Positions 39,010-51,449 of a DNA stretch of 64,000 nt are shown in pieces; within the stretch, counting starts at the first letter, position 1, and the number at the start of each line of letters is the position of its first letter. Source of the DNA: Squalus acanthias. Taxonomy: Eukaryota. A model generated the notes under the pieces. The model was not told the DNA's origin. It made no database searches and saw only the letters and a list, made by a program, of their open reading frames with translations. The stretch spans positions 930,001 to 994,000 of the forward strand of contig JASTWF010000035.1 in assembly GCA_030390025.1 (NCBI GenBank). Direction: 5' to 3'. The translations under genes were made by a program, and so were the position numbers.

Positions 39010-39800
39010 GTCAGGAGTGGGGCTGTTCCACAGTGTTCTGCTCCATGCATCACTCTTCTGATGGTGAAGCAGCCCACACCAGCCTGCAGCACGCACCTGG
39101 ATAAGGGCAGGTGGTAGGGAACATTTCCATCACATAAGTCCCAGGTAGTGACCATCTCCCCCTGATCTTCAATGGCATTATCATCACTGAATCCCTCACC
39201 ATCAACATCACTGACCAGAAGCTGAACGGGATCAACACCATGGCTACAAGAGGAGGACAGAGGCTGATACTGTGACAACTGAGTCACCTCCTGACCCCTC
39301 ACAATATCTCCACTATCTTCCAGCCACAAGGCAGGAGTGTGATGGGATTCTCAGCACATTTGCAATACCACGTCACGCCATCTGGGACAGAGCAATTCAC
39401 CTGATTGGTAACTCTGTCACTGGACTCGATATTCACCACCGGTGCACCGGTTGATCTACAGGATGCACTGCAGCAACTCAACAAGATTACTTCAACAGCA
39501 TATCTCTCCTCCAACCTCTGCCACTGAGAAGGACAAGAGCAGCAATGTCGTGGGAACACCAACACTTCCAACTTCCCCTCAAAGTCACACACCATCCTGA
39601 TTTGGACTTGTATCTCTGTTACTTCATTATTGCTAGTTCAGTATCTTGGAGTTTCCTCTGACACCATTGTGGGAGCACCATCAGCACAAAGACCGCAATG
39701 GTTCAAAGAGAAGGCTCAAACCCCACCTTTTGAGGGCATCCTGGGATAGGCATTAGATGTGGCCTTGCCAGGGTCACCACATCCCAAGAGTAAATGTTTT
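39010..39800 (+). mobile_element. Degenerate LINE 3' fragment of the same family as 15262-17360
   Basis: Shares TGACCAGAAGCTGAAC, GTGGGAGCACCATCA, GTTCAAA(G)AGAAGGC and a CACATCCC-type tail. Confidence 0.7.
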
Positions 39801-40376
39801 ATTCTTCCATGGCGTTGCTCAGAGTTATGATCGAGAGGGTGGGAGATAAGTTAACCCGGGGACGCAGACATAATGCAATCCCCATTTTAAAGTCATACAG
39901 TCTATCCTTGTTTGATTTTACGTTATTGCTCACAGTTAAAGAGCAAAGCTTATGGCAGTTTGGGAATCAGTGAAGTGGAGTTGGGTGCAGCCTATGAGTG
40001 TCTGCTGTACAGGCTGAGGAACTGGGGCTCCCCCTCGCTATCTCCGAGCTTGTGTGTGTGTCTCTTCCTCTGTAGTGAGAGCAGGGATGGACTCTTGGGG
40101 GGAGGAGAAAGGGACTGGAGTTCATGGCAGGGGCTGAAAATGGTGGCTGTCTTCCTGAGGTTCAATTGGAAGAAATTTTCTGAGCTTTCAGCCACCCCTC
40201 CTACGTTCACCCCCCTGGCCCTGGATCAGTTCCTTTATCTTTTCTCCGCCTCTAGGAAGTGCGTAGGGACATTTTCTACATTGAGAGGGCTGTATAAATA
40301 CAAGTTGCTGCTGGAGTTTGTTGTGATTTAATCCCTATTGAAGACTATGGTTAAATATTTTGTTCTGTGTTTTTAG

Positions 40377-40598
40377 ACCCTGCTGCAGGAACTGAATCTG
40401 GGAAAGAGGAAGCATGAGGTTCCCTCTCTCGCCGTCTCGCTTGCGTTGGAAGGCAAGGCGAGCCACCGGGAGCTGACCTCCCGGCTTCTGTCTGACCTCC
40501 TGGGGAAGATTCTTACAGCTGAGGATGTTGCCAAGGCCTTTGACAGGATGTTAAAGGATCTGCCTGATCTCATTCTTGATACACCTGAGGCACCACAG
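40377..40598 (+). CDS. PDCD4: PDCD4-family coding exon (MA3 domain 1)
   Basis: ttttag|ACC...CAG|gtaaaa. Encodes TLLQELNLG...LALEGKASHRELTSRLLSDL...DLPDLILDTPEAPQ. 222 nt. Confidence 0.96.
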
Positions 40599-41153
40599 GT
40601 AAAAACACAAGCTCCTCACACGCTCCCTGCATTTGGAAAAGCCACGTACAGCTGAGCAATCCTGATTTATACCTGGGATTCCACGCACGCTGTGGCATTC
40701 GTTACTCTGCTCAGCTTGTGCTCCCGGGTGCAGCCTTCTGCACACTCTACACAGTCCACTGGCATTGTGCTTAATGTGCAGTAAGAACAGCAAATACTGG
40801 AAATCCACAGCTCAGCCAGCATGTAGAAAGAGGAAGGGCAGGTTAATGTTTCAGAACTGGAGGCGGAGAGATAAACGGCATCTTAGTAAGGTAGGAGAAG
40901 ACGTGCGGGGTGGGGAAGAGAGTTGATGGATTGAGCAGTCTCTGAATCGGGGCATCTGCTGCTCAAGCTTCACTCATTGTCGGGTATCCACACACACGCC
41001 TCAGAACAATGGGGCCATCTCCCTCCAGTGCTTTTCAAACTTCTCTGCAAATATCAACACACATCAACAGCAGCACCTTCTGGAAACACGAACAGAGACC
41101 CCCCTTTTGGCCACGGCAAATATTGACAGCCCCGGTACTTCCTGTCTTAACTT

Positions 41154-41450
41154 GAGTCAGCTTGGCTCAGTTGGTAGCACACTCGCCCTCCAGGACTTGA
41201 GCGCATAATTTATGCTGCCGAAGTTTTGCATTTTCAGAGGTGTCCGCTTTCAGATGAGACCTTAAACTGAAGTTCCATCTGCCTGTTTCAGAGGAAGTGA
41301 AAGAACTCCTGGGACCGGGGAGTTCTCCTGGTGTCGTGGCCCACAACGAGCTCTGAAACACTCTTTTATCCCATTGCTGTTTGCGGGACCTTGCAGTGCA
41401 CAACTTGGCGACAGTGTCACTAACTGAAGGAAAACGTGCATTAACTTACA
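41154..41450 (+). mobile_element. Deu-type tRNA SINE, degenerate
   Basis: Head GGCTCAGTTGGTAGCAC; body TTTCAGATGAGAC, GAGTTCTCCTGGTGTC and CATTGCTGTTTGCGGGACCTTGC. Confidence 0.7.
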
Positions 41451-42206
41451 GACAGCAACAGAGAACGCTAGACAGTCAACAAAATGCAGAAATCTTATTT
41501 TGGTGCGTCTCACTTTTTTTAGTCTGTTTATATTTCTGAATCAACGTTGCAAAATAAAAGATTGGGTAACCATTACTGCACTTTGAATTTGGTCCATTTT
41601 GTGGCCACCTTTTTGAGGATTTTTTTTTGTTTTTGAAGTTTTCAGAGTAAGCAGCTTCCAGCTGTTGATTTGCAGCTTCCTCTGACAAACTGAGATATAG
41701 TGATTGCAGCAACAACAGAAACAGCCCTTCTCTCTGCCTCCCTCCCTCCGGCCGCGCGCGCCCCGCCTCGCTGCCCCCCCCCCCCCCCCCCCCTTTCGCC
41801 CCGCACACCACCACACACCCCCCCCCCCCCCCCCCCCCTCTAAAAGACATAAAATGTGTGACTAGAATCTAGGGCGTCGGTGTCTTGGTTTGTACTGATC
41901 CAACTCCAATATCCAGACCAGTGAGACCAAGGGCTCAATCTTAGAAGCTTAAAAATCACTGGTGGCTGAGGCTTGTTTGATCTTGAAAACATACAGAAGG
42001 CAGCTTAGATTGGGGATATTATCATACGAACTCTGTGCCCCACATGCTAACTGCGCACAGCGAGTGTGTGAAGCCTGTGTTCAGAAGGGACTTTGTTCCT
42101 ATTGGAATCGGAGCACTGCCGTTTCTGCTACACGCAACATACTGAAGGCAGGAGTTGCATTTGCTTTTCCTGTGAATCTCTGGAGCCTCTGCACCTGCGA
42201 TAGACA

Positions 42207-42520
42207 TGAATACAGCTCCTCCATCAGCGACACCGTGTCCCGCTCTCTGAATACAGCTCCTCCATCAGCGACACCGTGTCCCGCTCTCTGAATACAGCTC
42301 GTGTCCCGCTCTCTGATACCCTCCATCAGCGACACCATGTCCCGCTCTCTGAATACAGCTCCTCCATCAGCGACACCGTGTCCCGCTCTCTGAATACAGC
42401 TCCTCCATCAGCGACACCGTGTGTCCCGCTCTCTGAATACAGCTCCTCCATCAGCGACACCGTGTCCCGCTCTCTGAATACAGCTCCTCCATCAGCGACA
42501 CCGTGTGTCCCGCTCTCTGA
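42207..42520. repeat. 41-bp tandem repeat (TGAATACAGCTCCTCCATCAGCGACACCGTGTCCCGCTCTC), about 7 copies
   Basis: Unit and period read directly (42208 to 42249). Confidence 0.93.
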
Positions 42521-44638
42521 CACTGGGGTGGAGTTTCCGATGCGGGAGCAGTCGGCAATCTGGGCAAAGTGGGTTTTTTCTCTCTCGTTTCTGCTCGCTC
42601 ATTTGCATATTGCGGAACACACAGTCTGCCAAGAGCCAGCGCAGTCGGGCAGCGCTTAGAACAGATTTTTTTTTTTTTTAAGATTTTGCTTTAAAATATA
42701 TTCCATGATATATTTAAGTGTGGTAACTTGGTGCAGTTTGATTAATACAGCTGAAAATGGGTTTATCACAAAAAAATAAGCATTTTTTAATCAGTCAATT
42801 TTGAGCAACCCAATTTTAAATTGCTGAAAATTACTTTTAAAAAATGAGAGCGAACCATTTGCTGGATTGGCATACAGAAGTCAGTTTCTTAGGTTTTTTA
42901 ATGTAATTTTTTTAAGTTTACTTTCAAAACGTATCGATTAGTGTCCTTACCCCAGCTTAATTTTTGGAGCCTCCTCGAAGGCCCACAGTCAAGTACCATT
43001 CACGGAAACTCCCGTTGGTGATGAATTCACCCTGGGGGTGTGACCAGTGTTGTGGGCTGGGCCTGCATCTAGCGCGATGTTTGTTTTTAAACGAACGCAA
43101 AAGATTGTGGAAACTTGATTTGTGCTTAAAATTCTGTCATTTTTTGGTGCCGGTTACGCAGATATCGGGGGAATTGCGCCGAGAAAACCAGTGCAACCGA
43201 GCAACTTTACCCCAGGATCTTGTACTGTGTCTGGCATATAGCCTCCATCCACAGTCCATGTGTAGAGCAACTAACTGAGCTGTACAGTAGTGGTGTGTGG
43301 ACAGAAGTTGGCAGTGACGCCCTCACTGTATGATAACTATAAATGGAGTTACTGGACTTTACCCAGCATTTAATATGTATGTCTGAGAGATTGACAGTGA
43401 GTCTCGGTGTGCCAGAGGTGATTGAATGGCTTACTGTTGGATGATGTGCACTGTACATGTGCAGACGAACACAAGCAGTGTGCCACACGAGTGAATTGGT
43501 AACCGGCTTTTACTGGATCAAAGGGTCACATGTAGCCAGTCTAGCCCCCAATCCACTGACTAATCAATTAGTAATGGTGCTGAGACTGCCAGTGAGGGCA
43601 CATGTTGTAACATGTTCAGTCCCATTCTGCAGATCCTCTGTCTGCTCCAGCCATTGTTGCGATGCACAGACAGGCGTGCCTAGTTTATGTAAGACAAATA
43701 TTGTCCCTGAAACGAGCTTAATATTGTCTTGCCTGGAAGAAAGAAAGAGCTCCCTCTTGGCTCGAGCACCCACCAGCCTAGTATCGCAATGTAACCTTGG
43801 GATCCTGCCAATTTTAAACTGCTCTCCCCCAGGCTGTTCGATTCTTTCTTGTGTAGTTCGCCCACTGACTGCACGCCATCTATTCTGCACTGTAGGGCTC
43901 TAGGGAAAGCAGTGTCGCAGTGGGAACCTGTGGTTTACAATCCGCTGCTCTGATTTTGCTTACTGTGCAGCTGGCCCACATTAGACCTGTTGGTTGGAGG
44001 AATAATGTCTGGGATTGTGCAGTACGATGTTATGCCACTGCTGCAAGAGCAACAAGTTCTCCCAATGTCTTGGCCAACATTTCTCTCTCAACCAACACCA
44101 CCAAACACATTAACTGATCATTTGTTGTGAAGCCTTTGACCAGCTTTCCTCTCCGGTCAAGCTCCGTCTCACCAGCCATTCCATGGGATGCTGGAGTGGC
44201 ACATTCCACTCTGTGGCACCATTTCAGCCATTGTACATCCTTCAAGCTGCCTTTTTACCTGGGAATCCTCGCTGTTGCTCTGTCCCTTCGCCCCTCCCAG
44301 CCCCTCTTGGGACTGAAGCCTTACTGACTTGTGCCACTGAGTGAGTATCTGATGAGTAGGTCACACGCTGGCCCCAGTTTATGCTTATCCTGTTGGCTGC
44401 CCTGGTCCAGCTGCACTAGTTAAATCTTGCCTTCCATTTTGCCGGCTCTCTTTCAGCTCTCCCTGTGCTGCCCACTGTTCCTCAGTGGGTGGGGGACAGG
44501 CCACCTGCTGTTACAGGTTTGTCACTGCCATTCTGTAACTGGTTGCTGGAGATTCACAGAGAGCAGTCCTGGGTGAGTCACTCCCTCGGCTGCACCTCTC
44601 ACCTGGTTTACTTGGTTCATTTGTGTTTTTCTTTGCAG

Positions 44639-44736
44639 GTACTCGGCCAGTTTATTGCCAGGGCAGTTGCAGACGATGTGTTGCCATCAAACTTTCTCGA
44701 CAGTTACAAAGGGAAAGTGGATTGTGATCATGCACG
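44639..44736 (+). CDS. PDCD4: PDCD4-family coding exon
   Basis: ttgcag|GTA...CG|gtgagt. Encodes VLGQFIARAVADDVLPSNFLDSYKGKVDCDHAR. 98 nt, phase 0/2. Confidence 0.95.
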
Positions 44737-44961
44737 GTGAGTATGTGGATGCTCGAGAGGGCAGCATAAAAACAGTGAGAAATGTACATCAGATTTTATA
44801 TCGGTGGGGGTGGGGGGGGTGTGTGTATTTGTATCATTGAAGAATAAAACCACTTTTTGTATTGGAATCAACAACTCAAATAGTCCCAGCTCAGGCCGGG
44901 TTGTCTGACTGCTGTCCTGTAACTCGAAGGTCATACTGTAAACTTTCCCCCGCCCCCACAG

Positions 44962-45073
44962 TGCTGCCTTGGACCGTGCTGTCATCCTGCTAAGCATGAA
45001 GCGTGGTGTTGGATTGGACAACGTCTGGGGTGTGGGCGGAGGACAGCGGCCTGTCAAACATCTCATCAGAGAG
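44962..45073 (+). CDS. PDCD4: PDCD4-family coding exon (linker into MA3 domain 2)
   Basis: ccacag|T...GAG|gtacgt. Encodes AALDRAVILLSMKRGVGLDNVWGVGGGQRPVKHLIRE. 112 nt, phase 2/0. Confidence 0.94.
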
Positions 45074-45127
45074 GTACGTCAATCCCTTCTCTGGAACCCT
45101 GGTGCAGTAGAACTAACTAGATAGACT

Positions 45128-45615
45128 ATTGGAGGGAGCAGGGCTACCGTGTGTGAGGGGGAAGTTAGTGGATCGGGTGGAGTTCTGTATTGGATGGAGC
45201 AGGGCTACTGTGAGGGGGATGTTAGTGGATCGGGTGGAGTTCTGTATTGGATGGAGCAGGGCTACTGTGAGGGGGATGTTAGTGGATCGGGTGGGGTTCT
45301 GTATTGGATGGAGCAGGGCTACTGTGAGGGGGAAGTTAGTGGATCGGGTGGGGTTCTGTATTGGATGGAGCAGGGCTACTGTGAGGGGGATGTTAGTGGA
45401 TCGGGTGGAGTTCTGTATTGGAGGAGGGGCAGGGCTACTGTGTGTGAGGGGGATGTTAGTGGATCAGGTGGGGTTCTGTATTGGAGGAAGGGCAGGGCTA
45501 CTGTGTGTGAGGGGGATGTTAGTGGATCAGGTGGGGTTCTGTATTGGAGGAAGGGCAGGGCTACTGTGTGTGAGGGGGCTGTTAGTGGATCGGGTGGAGT
45601 TCTGTATTGGAGGGC
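45128..45615. repeat. 57-62-bp tandem repeat, about 8 copies
   Basis: Unit ATTGGATGGAGCAGGGCTACTGTGAGGGGGATGTTAGTGGATCGGGTGGAGTTCTGT; period 57 (45189 to 45246). Confidence 0.93.
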
Positions 45616-46449
45616 TGTGATCAGGTGACAAAAACCTTTGCAAAATGAAGGCACATGGTGTATGGGGACATAAACGCAGGAATAAAGGGATGGCTGGGGA
45701 CAAAGCAACAGTTGTGGTAAATGGATGCTGAACAGATTGGCGGGGTGTTCTGGGGCTTCTGAGGAAACGGTGCCATCACTGCAGCAAATAGCAACAATAC
45801 TAAATTCTAGAGAATGCGCACAGGGCATGGAATGGTTTTCCCCATAACCGCACCCATCTGACGACCTTATAGACCCCAGGTTGTAAGCCATGCACTAGAT
45901 TACTAATAGAATCCGATAGCGGGATTAATCACACAACTGTGTCGACCTTCTGGTTCTTGCTATATCAGTGATCGTTTTTATCCTTGCCTTCACTGGTGCA
46001 CAAACTTATTCACACATTTGTGCTCCTTGCTGACATTTGACTGGGCAGTAATTTCATGGTTGCTAGAGATAATATATTTTCAAAACCCATCTTTGCAGAG
46101 ATTTCACTTTTTCAAAACACTAGTGAATTGCCTATTGCCTACAGTCAGTTGCTGAAATTATTTTTATAATATACAGATAGTGACTGGTTTGGAAGAGACA
46201 CCTCTGAAACTTGCTCTACAGAGTCACCTAGTGGCCAGAGCCTGCAATTACATTGTGACAGTTGACAGAGCAAAATTGAATGGGAAATGTTGACCGGAAG
46301 GTTTCACTGAAATGGTGAGCAAGTAGTATCACAGGGGAAAAGGATATAAACAGATTGAGGTACTGAGACACACACGTTGTAGAAAGGGCATGGAATACCA
46401 GAAAATTATATTAATAAACAGGTAAATGAATAAGGGTGAGCAAGGAGTC

Positions 46450-48930
46450 AGGATTGAGTGATGTGTCTGTGAATGCAGAGCGCATTCAAAACAAAACTCG
46501 AGATAGAACCATTATTCACTATAGAGGGATACAAGAGTCTTTGTAATGGCGATATGGATTGGGTTTGGACAGACTGGGAACTTAATCCCGGGTATAACAT
46601 TTCAGGAGAGATAGGGAGGGTAAAGAAGGGGCTGGGTGGCAGTGGAAGGATTCTGTCTGTGCTAGAATGTAATGATGTCCAGGGTGGGTTTGCATTCAGA
46701 TAGAATCCATATGGAGAGAGTTAAGAAATAGCAAAGGAAATGGATCAATTCTCAGTGTGAGTTACAGGCCAAACAGTGGAGATGGGATCGAGGGGGAGAT
46801 CTGCAGACAGATCAGCGAGACATGCAAGAACCACGGGGCAATAAAACTAGGTGATTTGGGCTATCCTAAGATAGATGGGATTGAAGGTAAAGCATTTGGT
46901 CAAAGTGGGAAAAGCTTTTCAGAATGGATCCAGGACTGTTTCCTACATCAGTGTGATTCTGGTCCAACAAGGAAAGGGGCATTGCTTGAATTAGTTCTAG
47001 GAAATGAAGTGGGGCAAATAACTGAGGAGAGTAGGAGAATAATTGGGAAATAAAGACCACAACATAGATAGATTCAATGTAAGCACAGAGAGTCAAAGAT
47101 AAGGGAACAGGACTGGAAAAAGGCAAAGTTCAGTGAGATAAATGGGGTCTGGTCCAAATTAACTGGGCAGAAAACTGAACAAACAGGTCGATGAATCAGC
47201 AGTGGGAAATCTTCAAATATAACATTAAAAAAAATTCCTAATTAGTGAAAAAGGGTGTATCAAAGAACAGTTTGATTGATAAAGAGAGAAATTTAAACTG
47301 AAACTTTATAGGGGAGGGATCTGAAAGTTTGGGCTAACAAAAAGCATTCGCATCAAAATAAATTAATTAATAGCGCAGATAGAAATGAATAGGTTTGATC
47401 TAATAGCCATTACGGAGATGTGGTTGCAACGTGACCAAGGTTGAGAACTAAATATTCCAGGATACTTAACTTTTAGAAGAGATGGGCAAAATGGAAAAGG
47501 AGGAGGAGGGGTAGCCCTGATAATAAAGGATGGGATAAAGACAGTAGAGAGAAAGGATCTTAACTCTGAAAATCAAGAAGTAGAATTGGTGGGTGTTGTT
47601 TATAGGCCCCCAAACAATAGTTGTAATGTAGGGCAGAGTATAAATCAGGAAATTAGAAGCGCATGTAACAAGGGTAATACAGTAATCATGGGGGACTTTA
47701 ATCTACATAAAGACTGGGCAAACCAAATTTGCAGTAATAGTATGGCGGACGAATTCATGGAATGTATGTAAGATCGTTTTCTAGATCAGTATGTTGAGGA
47801 ACCAACTAGGGAACAGGCTATTTTAGATCTAGTATTGTGCAATGAGAAAGGGTTAATAATAACCTTGTAGTAAAGGGACCTTCAGGGAAGAGTGACCATA
47901 ATATAATAGAATTTCATATTGAGTTTGAAAGTGATTTAGTCAAGTTCGAAACTAGGGTCTTAAATCTAAACAAAGCAAACTACATAGGTATGAGGGGCGA
48001 GTTGGCTAAGATAGACTGGGAAACTGCATTTAAAAAGTGTGACGGTAGACAAGCAATGGCTAGCATTTAAAGAATTAATACATTTACAACAAATATACAT
48101 TCCTTTTAAGGCACAAAAATCCCACAGGAAAAATGGTCCAACCATGGCTAACGAGAAGTTAAAGATAGTATTAAATCAAAGGAAGAGGCTTATAATGTTG
48201 CCAAAGAGTATTAAGCCTGAGGATTGGGAGGATTTAAGAATTCAGCAAAGGAGTACCAAGAAATTGATAAAGAAAGGGAAAAAAGGATATGAGAGTAAAT
48301 TAGCAAGAGACATTAAAAACAGATTGTAAACGTTTCTACAGGTATGTAAATAGGAAGAGATTAGTGAAAGTAAACGTGGGCCCATTAGAAGCAGACAGGA
48401 GAAATTATAATGGGCAATAAGGAAATGGCAGAGACATTAAACAAATACTTTGTCTGTCTTCACGGTAGAAGACAAAAGAATTCTGAAAATAATGAGGAAC
48501 CAAGGGTCCAGCGAGAATGAGGAACTTAAAGAAATCAGCATAAGTAAAGACATAATAATGGAGAAATTAATGGGACTAAGTGGCGACAAATCCCCTGGAC
48601 CTGACAACCTGCATCCTAGGGTTGTAAAAGAGGTAGCTGCAGAGATAGTGGATGTATTGGTATTAATCTTCCAGAATTCTAGATTCTAGAACAGTCCCCA
48701 AAAATTGGAAGGTAGCAAACATAACCCCGCTATTTAAGAAAAGAGGGAGAGATAGAACGGGGAAATGTAGGCCAGTTAGCCTTACGTCAGTAATAGGCAA
48801 AATGCTAGAATCTATTATTTGGGACATGGCAACAGGGCACTTAGAAAATCGTAAAATTAATAGGCAGAGTTAACATGGTTTTATGAAAGGGAAATCGTGT
48901 TTGACAAATCTGAGTTTTTTGAAGATGTAA
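46450..48930 (+). mobile_element. Two adjacent decayed CR1 ORF2 5' halves (endonuclease to early RT)
   Basis: Fragments YRPNSG...LELVLGNEVGQ (46757-47053), GVVYRPPN...GDFN (47586-47771) and KSPGPDNLHPRV (48450-48689), with many stops and frameshifts. Confidence 0.85.
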
Positions 48931-49575
48931 GATGGGAGATTTCAATTACCCCGGTCTGCACAGAGCGGGATTAAATGGAGTGAACTTGAACAGGGTGCTT
49001 TGGGTGGGAATTTGGGGAAGAGTGGGAAGGAGTTGTTGTTTTTTGCCTACACTACTTGTAGTGCTTTGTGTTACAGGTAGATATTTAATTTCAGTACCTT
49101 TTAACTTAAGCTAGATCAAGTAAGTAGTCAAGAAACTACATTGTAAACTAAGTTACCTAATTACAAATTTAATTAAATAAATCAAGGTCATATATAGGGA
49201 TGGCAGTGCAGGTGGCATGTCACAACTGCAGCATTTGGGAGTTTGTGGAGAGCATTGTGATCCGGACAACCACGTTTGCAGTAAGTGCCTGCATCTTGAG
49301 GAACTTCAGCTCCGAGTTTTTGAGCTGGAGTCTGAGGTGCAGACTTTGCGGGGCATCAGGGATGGGGGGAGTGACCTGGATACTTTGATCCAGGAGGCAG
49401 TCACACCGCTTAGGTTAGGTAGTGGTACAGGTCTGGTTAGTGGTCAGGGACAGGAGGGTGTGACTGCAACTCAGGCAGGTAAGGGGACCCCAGGTGCAGT
49501 GCTGGAGGAGCCTCAGCCTTTGCCCTTGTCCAACAGGTATGAGGTTCTTGTTGCCTGTGTGGATGAAGGGGGAAT
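48930..49575 (+). mobile_element. CR1 5' UTR plus ORF1 N-terminal fragment
   Basis: MAVQVACHNCSIWE then CSKCLHLEELQLRVFELE...PLSNRYEVL, homologous to ORF1 at 26878-27321. Confidence 0.8.
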
Positions 49576-50079
49576 AGATTCAAGATTAATGTGCGGAAAC
49601 ATTACTTCAGCGAACGAGTAGTCAGTCTATCAAACTGCGTAGGGAGATGGTGGAAGCAGTTAGTATTGATTCATTCAAATGCAAATTTAAGATATTTTGG
49701 TATACAATATACCAGTAATTTGAGACATGATGTGGTGACTGTAGTGTACTTGGGAGGAACAGGTGGCTTTGGACCTCTGGTTCCCAAAGCTCTCCACCAC
49801 TGGGGATATTCCTCACCTCGTGTCGGGGTCTGTTGTAAATTGTCATGATTAGTGAATAACTCCATTATTGTATCATCCGACTACAAGGCAAACGAGATGG
49901 ATTTTGGGCTATTTTTGTTTAGCAATTCCTCTGTTCCATGGGGATAATCGAGGACAGCCAGCAGTGGAGGGAGGTTAGGAGAAATTTCTTTACACGGAGG
50001 TTGTTGGAATGGACCTGTTGGGCCGAATGTCCTGTTTCTGTGCTGTAAAAACTTTGTAATGTCTAGTCACAGGGCTGTG

Positions 50080-50700
50080 AGGAGAGGGTGGAGCAGTGGG
50101 ATTAGTTTGGGATTGATACAGGGCTATGGGGAGAGAGCGGGCAGTGTGATTAGTTTGGGATTGATACTATGCTATGGGGAGGGAGCGGGGCAGTAGGATT
50201 AGTTTGGGATTGATACTGGGCTATAGGGGGAGAGCAGGCAGTGGGATTAGTTTTGGATTGATACAGGGCTATGGGGGGGAGAGCGGGGCAGTGGGATTAG
50301 TTTTGGATTGATACAGGGCTATTGGGGAGAGAGCGGGGCAGTGGGATTAGTTTTGGATTAATACAGGGCTATGGGGGGTGGAGAGAGCGAGGCAGTGGGA
50401 TTAGTTTTGGATACAGGGCTATGGGGAGAGAGCGGGGCAGTGGGATTAGTTTGGGATTGATACAGGGCTATGGGGAGAGTGCGGGGCAGTGGGATTAGTT
50501 TGGGATTGTTACAGGGCTATGGGGAGAGAGCGGGGCAGTGGGATTAGTTTGGGATTGATACAGTGCTATGGGGAGAGAGCGGGGCAGTGGGATTAGTTTG
50601 GGATTGCTATGGGGAGAGAGCGGGGCAGTGGAATTAGTTTGGGATTGCTCTAGCAAAGAGCTGTCAAGATGCAATGAGCCAAATGACCTTGTTCTGTGCT
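50080..50700 (+). repeat. About 49-bp tandem repeat (about 12 copies) derived from a CR1 3' UTR
   Basis: Unit GGGATTAGTTTGGGATTGATACAGGGCTATGGGGAGAGAGCGGGGCAGT runs into a CR1 tail. It matches the single-copy CR1 3' UTR on the minus strand at about 58400-58465. Confidence 0.88.
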
Positions 50701-51449
50701 GCAACACGTGTTCTAAACATTGGGAAACAAAATGTAAGGACGGGCAGCAGAGAGTCCAGTGACTGCTAGTGAGGCTGAACAGGTAACATCTGAGTATTGA
50801 AGTCACGAGTGGATTGTTGATGTTCTCGCATCATGTGCCTGATCTATAAAATGTATGCTTTCAACTGGAATTGTGGAGATTTTTGGCCTGGGATCAAACC
50901 TGGCTCTGTTGATCCATGCTGTGCCTTGTAGTATAACCTGGGCTCAAGACACTGCACGCCAACCAGTCACCCTGACCTTCAGCCTAAAGACTTGCTTTTT
51001 TTTGGGATGGGGGCATCATTCTGCTTTGCCTTGTGTTTCTGTAGTTGAGCACATAAAATGATTGCAGTGCAACCGGCATTGCTGCTGTTGGACGGCAGAC
51101 TCTTGCGTGGTCCTATGGAGAAGTATCCTCCTCCCACCACCACAGCAATGCTTCCTGTCGCTGCTTTCTGCACAGTAGAACAGAGGTTAGGAACGCCGAG
51201 TGGGATCGAGCTTGCCAGTGTACTGCTCTCTAAATAATACTGGTTTAACAAGGAATAATCAGGCTCACTGGTGGCCCGGTGAGTAAATGCACCACCCAGT
51301 CTGTACAGCACAGGAAGATCCCAGGCATTGCCTCCTGTCTGCGCTGCCAGCCAATCGAATAACCAAGGGGCAGCCTTGAACTATGAAATATTTCCAGTAA
51401 AATAAGGAAAAGCCCAGCCTGTCGTTTACTCTGTGCACCTTTTAATATA

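Noticed and set aside
50080..50650. Telomere-like GGGATTAG repeats
   Set aside because: Not TTAGGG arrays; the 49-bp unit derives from a CR1 3' UTR.
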